DNA from: Nemertoderma westbladi
Taxonomy: Eukaryota; Animalia; Xenacoelomorpha
Direction: 5' to 3'
NCBI GenBank assembly: GCA_032718475.1
Contig: JAUCBJ010000359.1
Coordinates: forward strand, 1 to 64,000
Length of the DNA stretch: 64,000 bases
Part shown: positions 41,801-57,400 of the stretch, in pieces
How the letters are laid out: the number at the start of each line of letters is the position of its first letter
Numbering within the stretch: position 1 is the stretch's first letter
The notes under the pieces: generated by a model
Database searches by the model: none
Told to the model about the DNA's origin: nothing
The model's input: only the letters and a program-made list of their open reading frames with translations
Made by a program: the position numbers and the translations under genes

Positions 41801-44800
41801 AATGGGAAAATATTAGTAAAATAGAAAAAGCTACCTATAATGGGAAAATATTAGTAAAATAGAGAACGCTACCTATAATGGGAAAATAATAGTAAAATAG
41901 AGAACGCTATAGAATGGCAAAATATTAGTAAAATAGAGAACGCTACCTATAATGGGAAAATATTAGTAAAATAGAGAACGCTACCTGTAATGGCAAAATA
42001 TTAGTAAAATAGAGAACGCTACCTATAATGGCAAAATATTAGTAAAATAGAGAACGCTACCTATAATGGCAAAATATTAGTAAAATAGAGAACGCTACCT
42101 ATAATGGGAAAATATTAGTAAAATAGAGAACGCTACCTATAATGGCAAAATATTAGTAAAATAGAGAACGCTACCTATAATGGCAAAATATTAGTAAAAT
42201 AGAGAACGCTACCTATAATGGCAAAATATTAGTAAAATAGAGAACGCTACCTATAATGGGAAAATATTAGTCAAATAGAGAACGCTACCTATAATGGCAA
42301 AATATTAGTAAAATAGAGAACGCTACCTGTAATGGCAAAATATTAGTAAAATAGAGAACGCTACCTATAATGGCAAAATAATACTAAAAAAGAGAACGCT
42401 ACCTATAATGGGAAAATATTAGTAAAATAGAGAACGCTACCTATAATGGCAAAATAATAGTAAAATAGAGAACGCTACCTATAATGGGAAAATATTAGTA
42501 AAATAGAGAACGCTACCTATAATGGCAAAATAATAGTAAAATAGAGAACGCTACCTATAATGGGAAAATATTAGTAAAATAGTGAACGCTACCTATAATG
42601 GGAAAATATTAGTAAAATAGAGAACGCTACCTATAATGGCAAAATATTAGTAAAATAGAGAACGCTACCTATAATGGCAAAATAATAGTAAAATAGAGAA
42701 CGCTACCTATAATGGGAAAATATTAGTAATATAGAGAACGCTACCTATAATGGCAAAATATTAGTAAAATAGAGAACGCTACCTATAATGGCAAAATATT
42801 AGTAAAATAGAGAACGCTACCTGTAATGGCAAAATATTAGTAAAATAGAGAACGCTACCTATAATGGCAAAATATTAGTAAAATAGAGAACGCTACCTAT
42901 AATGGCAAAATAATAGTAAAATAGAGAACGCTACCTATAATGGCAAAATAATAGTAAAATAGAGAACGCTACCTATAATGGGAAAATATTAGTAAAATAG
43001 AGAACGCTACCTATAATGGCAAAATATTAGAAAAATAGAGAACGCTACCTATAATGGCAAAATATTAGTAAAATAGAAAAAGCTACCTATAATGGGAAAA
43101 TATTAGTAAAATAGAGAACGCTACCTATAATGGGAAAATAATAGTAAAATAGAGAACGCTACCTATAATGGGAAAATATTAGTAAAATAGAAAAAGCTAC
43201 CTATAATGGCAAAATATTAGTAAAATAGAGAATGCTACCTATAATGGCAAAATATTAGTAAAATAGAGAACGCTACCTATAATGGGAAAATATTAGTAAA
43301 ATAGAAAAAGCTACCTATAATGGGAAAATATTAGTAAAATAGAGAACGCTACCTATAATGGGAAAATAATAGTAAAATAGAGAACGCTAGAGAATGGCAA
43401 AATATTAGTAAAATAGAGAGCGCTACCTATAATGGGAAAATATTAGTAAAATAGAGAACGCTACCTGTAATGGCAAAATATTAGTAAAATAGAGAACGCT
43501 ACCTATAATGGCAAAATATTAGTAAAATAGAGAACGCTACCTATAATGGCAAAATATTAGTAAAATAGAGAACGCTACCTATAATGGGAAAATATTAGTA
43601 AAATAGTGAACGCTACCTATAATGGGAAAATATTAGTAAAATAGAGAACGCTACCTATAATGGCAAAATATTAGTAAAATAGAGAACGCTACCTATAATG
43701 GCAAAACAATAGTAAAATAGAGAACGCTACCTATAATGGGAAAATATTAGTAAAATAGAGAACGCTACCTATAATGGGAAAATATTAGTCAAATAGAGAA
43801 CGCTACCTATAATGGCAAAATATTAGTAAAATAGAGAACGCTACCTGTAATGGCAAAATATTAGTAAAATAGAGAACGCTACCTATAATGGCAAAATAAT
43901 ACTAAAAAAGAGAACGCTACCTATAATGGGAAAATATTAGTAAAATAGAGAACGCTACCTATAATGGCAAAATAATTGTTAAATAGAGAACGCTACCTAT
44001 AATGGGAAAATATTAGTAAAATAGAGAACGCTACCTATAATGGCAAAATAATAGTAAAATAGAGAACGCTACCTATAATGGGAAAATATTAGTAAAATAG
44101 TGAACACTACCTATAATGGGAAAATATTAGTAAAATAGAGAACGCTACCTATAATGGCAAAATATTAGTAAAATAGAGAACGCTACCTATAATGGCAAAA
44201 TAATAGTAAAATAGAGAACGCTACCTATAATGGGAAAATATTTGTAAAGTAGAGAACGCTACCTATAATGGCAAAATATTAGTAAAATAGAGAACGCTAC
44301 CTATAATGGCAAAATATTAGTAAAATAGAGAACGCTACCTGTAATGGCAAAATATTAGTAAAATAGAGAACGCTACCAGTAATGGCAAAATAATAGTAAA
44401 ATAGAGAATGCTACCTATAATGGCAAAATAATAGTAAAATAGAGAACGCTACCTATAATGGGAAAATATTAGTAAAATAGAGAACGCTACCTATAATGGC
44501 AAAATATTAGTAATGGGAAAATATTAGTAAAATAGAGAACGCTACCTATAATGGCAAAATAATAGTAAAATAGAGAACGCTACCTATAATGGCAAAATAT
44601 TAGTAAAATAGAGAACGCTACCTGTAATGGCAAAATATTAGTAAAATAGAGAACGCTACCTGTAATGGCAAAATAATAGTAAAATAGAGAACGCTACCTA
44701 TAATGGCAAAATAATAGTAAAATAGAGAACGCTACCTATAATGGGAAAATATTAGTAAAATAGAGAACGCTACCTATAATGGCAAAATATTAGTAAAATA

Positions 44801-45450
44801 GAGAACGCTACCTATAATGGCAAAATATTAGTAAAATAGAGAACGCTACCTATAATGGGAAAATATTAGTAAAATAGTGAACGCTACCTATAATGGGAAA
44901 ATATTAGTAAAATAGAGAACGCTACCTATAATGGCAAAATATTAGTAAAATAGAGAACGCTACCTATAATGGCAAAATAATAGTAAAATAGAGAACGCTA
45001 CCTATAATGGGAAAATATTAGTAAAATAGAGAACGCTACCTATAATGGGAAAATATTAGTCAAATAGAGAACGCTACCTATAATGGCAAAATATTAGTAA
45101 AATAGAGAACGCTACCTATAATGGCAAAATAATAGTAAAAATGAGAACGCTACCTATAATGGCAAAATATTAGTAAAATAGAGAACGCTACCTATAATGG
45201 CAAAATAATAGTAAAATAGAGAACGCTACCTATAATGGGAAAATATTAGTAAAATAGAGAACGCTACCTATAATGGCAAAATATTAGTAAAATAGAGAAC
45301 GCTACCTATAAGGCAACCTATAAGGCAAAATATTAGTAAAATAGAGAACGCTACCTATAATGGGAAAATATTAGTAAAATAGAGAACGCTACCTATAATG
45401 GCAAAATATTAGTAAAATAGAGAACGCTACCTATAAGGCAAAATATTACT

Positions 45451-48400
45451 AAAATAGAACAGAAAATATAAAATATTTGTAAAATAGAGAACGCTACCTA
45501 TAATGGGAAAATATTAGTAAAATAGAGAACGCTACATATAAGGCAAAATATTAGTAAAATAGAGAACGCTACCTATAATGGGAAAATATTAGTAAAATAG
45601 AGAACGCTACCTATAAGGCAAAATATTAGTAAAATAAAGAACGCTACCTATAATGGGAAAATATTAGTAAAATAGAGAACACTATATAATGGCAAAATAT
45701 TAGTAAAATAGAGAACGCTACCTATAATGGGAAAATATTAGTAAAATAGAGAACGCTACCTATAATGGGAAAATATTAGTAAAATAGAGAACGCTACCTG
45801 TAATGGCAAAATATTAGTAAAATAGAGAACGCTACCTGTAATGGCAAAATAATAGTAAAATAGAGAACGCTACCTATAATGGCAAAATAATAGTAAAATA
45901 GAGAACGCTACCTATAAGGCAAAATATTAGTAAAATAAAGAACGCTACCTATAATGGGAAAATATTAGTAAAATAGAGAACACTATATAATGGCAAAATA
46001 TTAGTAAAATAGAGAACGCTACCTATAATGGGAAAATATTAGTAAAATAGAGAACGCTACCTATAATGGGAAAATATTAGTAAAATAGAGAACGCTACCT
46101 GTAATGGCAAAATATTAGTAAAATAGAGAACGCTACCTGTAATGGCAAAATAATAGTAAAATAGAGAACGCTACCTATAATGGCAAAATAATAGTAAAAT
46201 AGAGAACGCTACCTATAAGGCAAAATATTAGTAAAATAGAGAACGCTACCTATAAAGGGAAAATATTAGTAAAATAGAGAACGCTACCTATAATGGGAAA
46301 ATATTAGTAAAATAGAGAACGCTACCTATAATGGGAAAATATTAGTAAAATAGAGAACGCTACCTATAAGGCAAAATATTAGTAAAATAGAGAACGCTAC
46401 CTATAATGGCAAAATATTAGTAAAATAGAGAACGCTACCTATAATGGCAAAATAATAGTAAAATAGAGAACGCTACCTATAATGGGAAAATATTAGTAAA
46501 ATAGAGAACGCTACCTATAATGGGAAAATATTAGTCAAATAGAGAACGCTACCTATAATGGCAAAATATTAGTAAAATAGAGAACGCTACCTATAATGGC
46601 AAAGTAATAGTAAAAAAGAGAATGCTACCTATAATGGCAAAATATTAGTAAAATAGAGAACGCTACCTATAATGGCAAAATAATAGTAAAATAGAGAACG
46701 CTACCTATAATGGGAAAATATTAGTAAAATAGAGAACGCTACCTATAATGGCAAAATATTAGTAAAATAGAGAACGCTACCTATAAGGCAACCTATAAGG
46801 CAAAATATTAGTAAAATAGAGAACGCTACCTATAATGGGAAAATATTAGTAAAATAGAGAATGCTACCTATAATGGCAAAATATTAGTAAAATAGAGAAC
46901 GCTACCTATAAGGCAAAATATTACTAAAATAGAACAGAAAATATAAAATATTTGTAAAATAGAGAACGCTACCTATAATGGGAAAATATTAGTAAAATAG
47001 AGAACGCTACCTATAAGGCAAAATATTAGTAAAATAGAGAACGCTACCTATAATGGGAAATTATTAGTAAAATAGAGAACGCTACCTATAAGGCAAAATA
47101 TTAGTAAAATAGAGAACGCTACCTATAATGGGAAAATATTAGTAAAATAGAGAACACTATATAATGGCAAAATATTAGTAAAATAGAGAACGCTACCTAT
47201 AATGGGAAAATATTAGTAAAATAGAGAACGCTACCTATAATGGGAAAATATTAGTAAAATAGATAACGCTACCTATAAGGCAAAATATTAGTAAAATAGA
47301 GAACGCTACCTATAAAGGGAAAATATTAGTAAAATAGAGAACGCTACCTATAATGGGAAAATATTAGTAAAATAGAGAACGCTACCTATAATGGGAAAAT
47401 ATTAGTAAAATAGAGAACGCTACCTATAAGGCAAAATATTAGTAAAATAGAGAACGCTACCTATAAAGGGAAAATATTAGTAAAATAGAGAACGCTACCT
47501 GTAATGGCAAAATATTAGTAAAATAGAGAACGCTACCTATAAAGGGAAAATATTAGTAAAATAGAGAACGCTACCTGTAATGGCAAAATAATAGTAAAAT
47601 CGAGAACGCTACCTGTAATGGCAAAATATTAGTAAAATAGAGAACGCTACCTATAAGGCAAAATATTACTAAAATAGAGAACGCTACCTATAATGGGAAA
47701 ATATTAGTAAAATAGTGAACGCTACCTATAATGGGAAAATATTAGTAAAATAGTGAACGCTACCTATAATGGGAAAATATTAGTAAAATAGTGAACGCTA
47801 CCTATAATGGGAAAATATCAGTAAAATAGTGAACGCTACCTGTAATGGCAAAATATTAGTAAAATAGAGAACGCTACCTGTAATGGCAAAATATTAGTAA
47901 AATAGAGAACGCTACCTATAATGGGAAAATATTAGTAAAATAGAGAACGCTACCTATAAGGCAAAATATTACTAAAATAGAGAACGCTATATAATGGGAA
48001 AATATTAGTAAAATAGAGAATGCTACCTATAATGGGAAAATATTAGTAAAATAGAGAACGCTACCTATAAGGCAAAATATTAGTAAAATAGAGAACGCTA
48101 CCTATAAGGCAAAATATTACTAAAATAGAACAGAAAATATAAAATATTTGTAAAATAGAGAACGCTACCTATAAGGCAAAATATTACTAAAATAGAACAG
48201 AAAATATAAAATATTTGTAAAATAGAGAATGCTACCTATAATGGGAAAATATTAGTAAAATAGAGAACGCTACCTATAATGCAAAATATTACTAAAATAG
48301 AACAGAAAATATAAAATATTTGTAAAATAGAGAACGCTACCTATAAGGCAAAATATTACTAAAATAGAACAGAAAATATAAAATATTTGTAAAATAGAGA

Positions 48401-51400
48401 ACGCTACCTATAAGGCAAAATATTACTAAAATAGAACAGAAAATATAAAATATTTGTAAAATAGAGAACGCTACCTATAAGGCAAAATATTACTAAAATA
48501 GAACAGAAAATATAAAATATTAGTAAAATAGAGAACGCTACCTATAATGGGAAAATATTAGTAAAATAGAGAACGCTACCTATAAGGCAAAATATTTGTA
48601 AAATAGAGAACGCTACCTATAATGGGAAAATATTAGTAAAATAGAGAACACTATATAATGGCAAAATATTAGTAAAATAGAGAACGCTACCTATAATGGG
48701 AAAATATTAGTAAAATAGAGAACACTATATAATGGCAAAATATTAGTAAAATAGAGAATGCTACCTATAATGTCAAAATATTAGTAAAATAGAGAACGCT
48801 ACCTATAAGGCAAAATATTAGTAAAATAGAGAACGCTACCTATAATGGGAAAATATTAGTAAAATAGAGAACACTACCTATAATGGGAAAATATTAGTAA
48901 AATAGAGAACGCTACCTATAAGGCAAAGTATTAGTAAAATAGAGAACGCTACCTATAATGGCAAAATATTAGTAAAATAGAGAACGCTACCTATAATGGG
49001 AAAACATTTGTAAAATAGAGAACGCTACCTATAAGGCAAAATATTAGTAAAATAGAGAACACTATATAATGGCAAAATATTAGTAAAATAGAGAACGCTA
49101 CCTATAATGGGAAAATATTAGTAAAATAGAGAACACTATATAATGGCAAAATATTAGTAAAATAGAGAATGCTACCTATAATGGCAAAATATTAGTAAAA
49201 TAGAGAACGCTACCTATAAGGCAAAATATTAGTAAAATAGAGAACGCTACCTATAAGGCAAAATATTAGTAAAATAGAGAACGCTACCTATAATGGGAAA
49301 ATATTAGTAAAATAGAGAACGCTACCTATTAGGCAAAATATTAGTAAAATAGAGAACGCTACCTATAATGGGAAAATATTAGTAAAATAGAGAACGCTAC
49401 CTATAATGGCAAAATATTAGTAAAATAGAGAACGCTATATAATGGTGAAATATTAGTAAAATAGAGAACGCTACCTATAATGGGAAAATATTACTAAAAT
49501 AGAACAGAAAATATAAAATATTTGTAAAATAGAGAACGCTACCTATAATGGGAAAATATTAGTAAAATAGAGAACGCTACCTATAAGGCAAAATATTAGT
49601 AAAATAGAGAACGCTACCTATAATGGGAAAATATTAGTAAAATAGAGAACGCTACCTATAAGGCAAAATATTACTAAAATAGAACAGAAAATATAAAATA
49701 TTTGTAAAATAGAGAACGCTATATAATGGCAAAATATTAATAAAATAGAGAATGCTACCTATAATGGCAAAATATTAGTAAAATAGAGAATGCTACCTAT
49801 AAGGCAAAATATTAGTAAAATAGAGAACGCTACCTATAAGGCAAAATATTAGTAAAATAGAGAACGCTACCTATAATGGGAAAATATTAGTAAAATAGAG
49901 AACGCTACCTATAAGGCAAAATATTAGTAAAATAGAGAACGCTACCTATAATGGGAAAATATTAGTAAAATAGTGAACGCTACCTATAAGGCAAAATATT
50001 AGTAAAATAGAGAACGCTACCTATAATGGGAAAATATTAGTAAAATAGAGAACGCTACCTATAAGGCAAAATATTACTAAAATAGAACAGAAAATATAAA
50101 ATATTTGTAAAATAGAGAACGCTACCTATAATGGGAAAATATTAGTAAAATAGTGAACGCTACCTATAAGGCAAAATATTTGTAAAATAGAGAACGCTAC
50201 CTATAAGGCAAAATATTACTAAAATAGAACAGAAAATATAAAATATTTGTAAAATAGAGAACGCTACCTATAATGGGAAAATATTAGTAAAATAGAGAAC
50301 GCTACCTATAAGGCAAAATATTACTAAAATAGAACAGAAAATATAAAATATTTGTAAAATAGAGAACGCTACCTATAAGGCAAAATATTACTAAAATAGA
50401 ACAGAAAATATAAAATATTTGTAAAATAGAGAACGCTACCTATATGGCAAAATATTACTAAAATAGAACAGAAAATATAAAATATTTGTAAAATAGAGAA
50501 CGCTACCTATAAGGCAAAATATTAGTAAAATATAGAACGCTACCTATAATGGCAAAATATTAGTAAAATAGTGAACGCTACCTATAAGGCAAAATATTTG
50601 TAAAATAGAGAACGCTACCTATAAGGCAAAATATTACTAAAATAGAACAGAAAATATAAAATATTTGTAAAATAGAGAACGCTACCTATAATGGGAAAAT
50701 ATTAGTAAAATAGAGAACGCTACCTATAAGGCAAAATATTACTAAAATAGAACAGAAAATATAAAATATTTGTAAAATAGAGAACGCTACCTATAAGGCA
50801 AAATATTACTAAAATAGAACAGAAAATATAAAATATTTGTAAAATAGAGAACGCTACCTATAAGGCAAAATATTACTAAAATAGAACAGAAAATATAAAA
50901 TATTTGTAAAATAGAGAACGCTACCTATAAGGCAAAATATTACTAAAATAGAACAGAAAATATAAAATATTTGTAAAATAGAGAACGCTACCTATAAGGC
51001 AAAATATTACTAAAATAGAACAGAAAATATAAAATATTTGTAAAATAGAGAACGCTACCTATAATGGGAAAATATTAGTAAAATAGAGAACGCTACCTAT
51101 AATGGCGAAATATTAGTAAAATTGTGAACGCTACCTATAAGGCAAAATATTAGTAAAATATAGAACGCTACCTATAATGGCAAAATATTAGTAAAATAGA
51201 GAATGCTACCTATAAGGCAAAATATTAGTAAAATAGAGAACGCTACCTATAATGGGAAAATATTAGTAAAATAGTGAACGCTACCTATAAGGCAAAATAT
51301 TAGTATAATAGAGAACGCTACCTATAATGGGAAAATATTAGTAAAATAGAGAACGCTACCTATAAGGCAAAATATTACTAAAATAGAACAGAAAATATAA

Positions 51401-54400
51401 AATATTTGTAAAATAGAGAACGCTACCTATAATGGGAAAATATTAGTAAAATAGTGAACGCTACCTATAAGGCAAAATATTTGTAAAATAGAGAACGCTA
51501 CCTATAAGGCAAAATATTACTAAAATAGAACAGAAAATATAAAATATTTGTAAAATAGAGAACGCTACCTATAATGGGAAAATATTAGTAAAATAGAGAA
51601 CGCTACCTATAAGGCAAAATATTACTAAAATAGAACAGAAAATATAAAATATTTGTAAAATAGAGAACGCTACCTATAAGGCAAAATATTACTAAAATAG
51701 AACAGAAAATATAAAATATTTGTAAAATAGAGAACGCTACCTATAAGGCAAAATATTACTAAAATAGAACAGAAAATATAAAATATTTGTAAAATAGAGA
51801 ACGCTACCTATAAGGCAAAATATTAGTAAAATATAGAATGCTACCTATAATGGCAAAATATTAGTAAAATAGTGAACGCTACCTATAAGGCAAAATATTT
51901 GTAAAATAGAGAACGCTACCTATAAGGCAAAATATTACTAAAATAGAACAAAAAATATAAAATATTTGTAAAATAGAGAACGCTACCTATAATGGGAAAA
52001 TATTAGTAAAATAGAGAACGCTACCTATAAGGCAAAATAATACTAAAATAGAACAGAAAATATAAAATATTTGTAAAATAGAGAACGCTACCTATAAGGC
52101 AAAATATTACTAAAATAGAACAGAAAATATAAAATATTTGTAAAATAGAGAACGCTACCTATAAGGCAAAATATTACTAAAATAGAACAGAAAATATAAA
52201 ATATTTGTAAAATAGAGAACGCTACCTATAAGGCAAAATATTACTAAAATAGAACAGAAAATATAAAATATTTGTAAAATAGAGAACGCTACCTATAAGG
52301 CAAAATATTACTAAAATAGAACAGAAAATATAAAATATTTGTAAAATAGAGAATGCTACCTATAATGGGAAAATATTAGTAAAATAGAGAACGCTACCTA
52401 TAATGGCAAAATATTAGTAAAATAGTGAACGCTACCTATAAGGCAAAATATTAGTAAAATATAGAACGCTACCTATAATGGCAAAATATTAGTAAAATAG
52501 TGAATGCTACCTATAAGGCAAAATATTAGTAAAATAGAGAACGCTACCTATAATGGGAAAATATTAGTAAAATAGAGAACGCTACCTATAAGGCAAAATA
52601 TTACTAAAATAGAACAGAAAATATAAAATATTTGTAAAATAGAGAACGCTACCTATAATGGGAAAATATTACTAAAATAGAACAGAAAATATAAAATATT
52701 TGTAAAATAGAGAACGCTACCTATAATGGGAAAATATTAGTAAAATAGAGAACGCTACCTATAATGGCAAAATATTAGTAAAATAGTGAACGCTACCTAT
52801 AAGGCAAAATATTAGTAAAATATAGAACGCTACCTATAATGGCAAAATATTAGTAAAATAGTGAACGCTACCTGTAAGGCAAAATATTTGTAAAATAGAG
52901 AACGCTACCTATAAGGCAAAATATTACTAAAATAGAACAGAAAATATAAAATATTTGTAAAATAGAGAACGCTACCTATAATGGGAAAATATTAGTAAAA
53001 TAGAGAACGCTACCTATAAGGCAAAATATTACTAAAATAGAACAGAAAATATAAAATATTTGTAAAATAGAGAACGCTACCTATAAGGCAAAATATTACT
53101 AAAATAGAACAGAAAATATAAAATATTTGTAAAATAGAGAACACTACCTATAATGGGAAAATATTAGTAAAATAGAGAACGCTACCTATAAGGCAAAATA
53201 TTACTAAAATAGAACAGAAAATATAAAATAATTGTAAAATAGAGAACGCTACCTATAATGGGAAAATATTAGTAAAATAGAGAACGCTACCTATAAGGGA
53301 AAATATTACTAAAATAGAACAGAAAATATAAAATATTTGTAAAATAGAGAACGCTCCCTATAAGGCAAAATATTACTAAAATAGAACAGAAAATATAAAA
53401 TATTTGTAAAATAGAGAACGCTACCTATAATGGGAAAATATTAGTAAAATAGAGAACGTTACCTATAAGGCAAAATATTACTAAAATAGAACAGAAAATA
53501 TAAAATATTTGTAAAATAGAGAACGCTACCTATAAGGCAAAATATTACTAAAATAGAACAGAAAATATAAAATATTTGTAAAATAGAGAACGCTACCTAT
53601 AAGGCAAAATATTACTAAAATAGAACAGAAAATGTAAAATATTTGTTAAATAGAGAACGCTACCTATAAGGCAAAATATTACTAAAATAGAACAGAAAAT
53701 ATAAAATATTTGTAAAATAAAGAACGCTACCTATAAGGCAAAGTATTACTAAAATAGAACAGAAAATATAAAATATTTGTAAAATAGAGAACGCTACCTA
53801 TAATGGGAAAATATTAGTAAAATAGAGAACGCTACCTATAATGGCAAAATATTAGTAAAATAGCGAACGCTACCTATAAGGCAAAATATTACTAAAATAG
53901 AACAGAAAATATAAAATATTTGTAAAATAGAGAATGCTACCTTTGGGAAAATATTAGTAAAATAGAGAACGCTACCTATAAGGCAAAATATTACTAAAAT
54001 AGAACAGAAAATATAAAATATTTGTAAAATAGAGAACGCTACCTATAAGGCAAAATATTACTAAAATAGAACAGAAAATATAAAATATTTGTAAAATAGA
54101 GAACGCTACCTATAAGGCAAAATATTACTAAAATAGAACAGAAAATATAAAATATTTGTAAAATAGAGAACGCTACCTATAAGGCAAAATATTAGTAAAA
54201 TATAGAATGCTACCTATAATGGCAAAATATTAGTAAAATAGTGAACGCTACCTATAAGGCAAAATATTTGTAAAATAGAGAACGCTACCTATAAGGCAAA
54301 ATATTACTAAAATAGAACAAAAAATATAAAATATTTGTAAAATAGAGAACGCTACCTATAATGGGAAAATATTAGTAAAATAGAGAACGCTACCTATAAG

Positions 54401-57400
54401 GCAAAATAATACTAAAATAGAACAGAAAATATAAAATATTTGTAAAATAGAGAACGCTACCTATAAGGCAAAATATTACTAAAATAGAACAGAAAATATA
54501 AAATATTTGTAAAATAGAGAACGCTACCTATAAGGCAAAATATTACTAAAATAGAACAGAAAATATAAAATATTTGTAAAATAGAGAACGCTACCTATAA
54601 GGCAAAATATTACTAAAATAGAACAGAAAATATAAAATATTTGTAAAATAGAGAACGCTACCTATAAGGCAAAATATTACTAAAATAGAACAGAAAATAT
54701 AAAATATTTGTAAAATAGAGAACGCTACCTATAATGGGAAAATATTAGTAAAATAGAGAACGCTACCTATAATGGCAAAATATTAGTAAAATAGTGAACG
54801 CTACCTATAAGGCAAAATATTAGTAAAATATAGAACGCTACCTATAATGGCAAAATATTAGTAAAATAGTGAATGCTACCTATAAGGCAAAATATTAGTA
54901 AAATAGAGAACGCTACCTATAATGGGAAAATATTAGTAAAATAGAGAACGCTACCTATAAGGCAAAATATTACTAAAATAGAACAGAAAATATAAAATAT
55001 TTGTAAAATAGAGAACGCTACCTATAATGGGAAAATATTACTAAAATAGAACAGAAAATATAAAATATTTGTAAAATAGAGAACGCTACCTATAATGGGA
55101 AAATATTAGTAAAATAGAGAACGCTACCTATAATGGCAAAATATTAGTAAAATAGTGAACGCTACCTATAAGGCAAAATATTAGTAAAATATAGAACGCT
55201 ACCTATAATGGCAAAATATTAGTAAAATAGTGAACGCTACCTGTAAGGCAAAATATTTGTAAAATAGAGAAAGCTACCTATAAGGCAAAATATTACTAAA
55301 ATAGAACAGAAAATATAAAATATTTGTAAAATAGAGAACGCTACCTATAATGGGAAAATATTAGTAAAATAGAGAACGCTACCTATAAGGCAAAATATTA
55401 CTAAAATAGAACAGAAAATATAAAATATTTGTAAAATAGAGAACGCTACCTATAAGGCAAAATATTACTAAAATAGAACAGAAAATATAAAATATTTGTA
55501 AAATAGAGAACACTACCTATAATGGGAAAATATTAGTAAAATAGAGAACGCTACCTATAAGGCAAAATATTACTAAAATAGAACAGAAAATATAAAATAT
55601 TTGTAAAATAGAGAACGCTACCTATAATGGGAAAATATTAGTAAAATAGAGAACGCTACCTATAAGGGAAAATATTACTAAAATAGAACAGAAAATATAA
55701 AATATTTGTAAAATAGAGAACGCTACCTATAAGGCAAAATATTACTAAAATAGAACAGAAAATATAAAATATTTGTAAAATAGAGAACGCTACCTATAAT
55801 GGAAAAATATTAGTAAAATAGAGAACGTTACCTATAAGGCAAAATATTACTAAAATAGAACAGAAAATATAAAATATTTGTAAAATAGAGAACGCTACCT
55901 ATAAGGCAAAATATTACTAAAATAGAACAGAAAATATAAAATATTTGTAAAATAGAGAACGCTACCTATAAGGCAAAATATTACTAAAATAGAACAGAAA
56001 ATATAAAATATTTGTAAAATAGAGAACGCTACCTATAAGGCAAAATATTACTAAAATAGAACAGAAAATATAAAATATTTGTTAAATAGAGAACGCTACC
56101 TATAAGGCAAAATATTACTAAAATAGAACAGAAAATATAAAATATTTGTAAAATAGAGAACGCTACCTATAATGGGAAAATATTAGTAAAATAGAGAACG
56201 CTACCTATAATGGCAAAATATTAGTAAAATAGTGAACGCTACCTATAAGGCAAAATAATACTAAAATAGAACAGAAAATATAAAATATTTGTAAAATAGA
56301 GAACGCTACCTATAAGGCAAAATATTACTAAAATAGAACAGAAAATATAAAATATTTGTAAAATAGAGAACGCTACCTATAAGGCAAAATATTACTAAAA
56401 TAGAACAGAAAATATAAAATATTTGTTAAATAGAGAACGCTACCTATAAGGCAAAATATTACTAAAATAGAACAGAAAATATAAAATATTTGTAAAATAG
56501 AGAACGCTACCTATAATGGGAAAATATTAGTAAAATAGAGAACGCTACCTATAATGGCAAAATATTAGTAAAATAGTGAACGCTACCTATAAGGCAAAAT
56601 AATACTAAAATAGAACAAAAAATATAAAATATTTGTAAAATAGAGAACGCTACCTATAATGGGAAAATATTAGTAAAATAGAGAACGCTACCTATAAGGC
56701 AAAATAATACTAAAATAGAACAGAAAATATAAAATATTTGTAAAATAGAGAACGCTACCTATAAGGCAAAATATTACTAAAATAGAACAGAAAATATAAA
56801 ATATTTGTAAAATAGAGAACGCTACCTATAAGGCAAAATATTACTAAAATAGAACAGAAAATATAAAATATTTGTAAAATAGAGAACGCTACCTATAAGG
56901 CAAAATATTACTAAAATAGAACAGAAAATATAAAATATTTGTAAAATAGAGAACGCTACCTATAAGGCAAAATATTACTAAAATAGAACAGAAAATATAA
57001 AATATTTGTAAAATAGAGAACGCTACCTATAATGGGAAAATATTAGTAAAATAGAGAACGCTACCTATAATGGCAAAATATTAGTAAAATAGTGAACGCT
57101 ACCTATAAGGCAAAATATTAGTAAAATATAGAACGCTACCTATAATGGCAAAATATTAGTAAAATAGTGAATGCTACCTATAAGGCAAAATATTAGTAAA
57201 ATAGAGAACGCTACCTATAATGGGAAAATATTAGTAAAATAGAGAACGCTACCTATAAGGCAAAATATTACTAAAATAGAACAGAAAATATAAAATATTT
57301 GTAAAATAGAGAACGCTACCTATAATGGGAAAATATTACTAAAATAGAACAGAAAATATAAAATATTTGTAAAATAGAGAACGCTACCTATAATGGGAAA

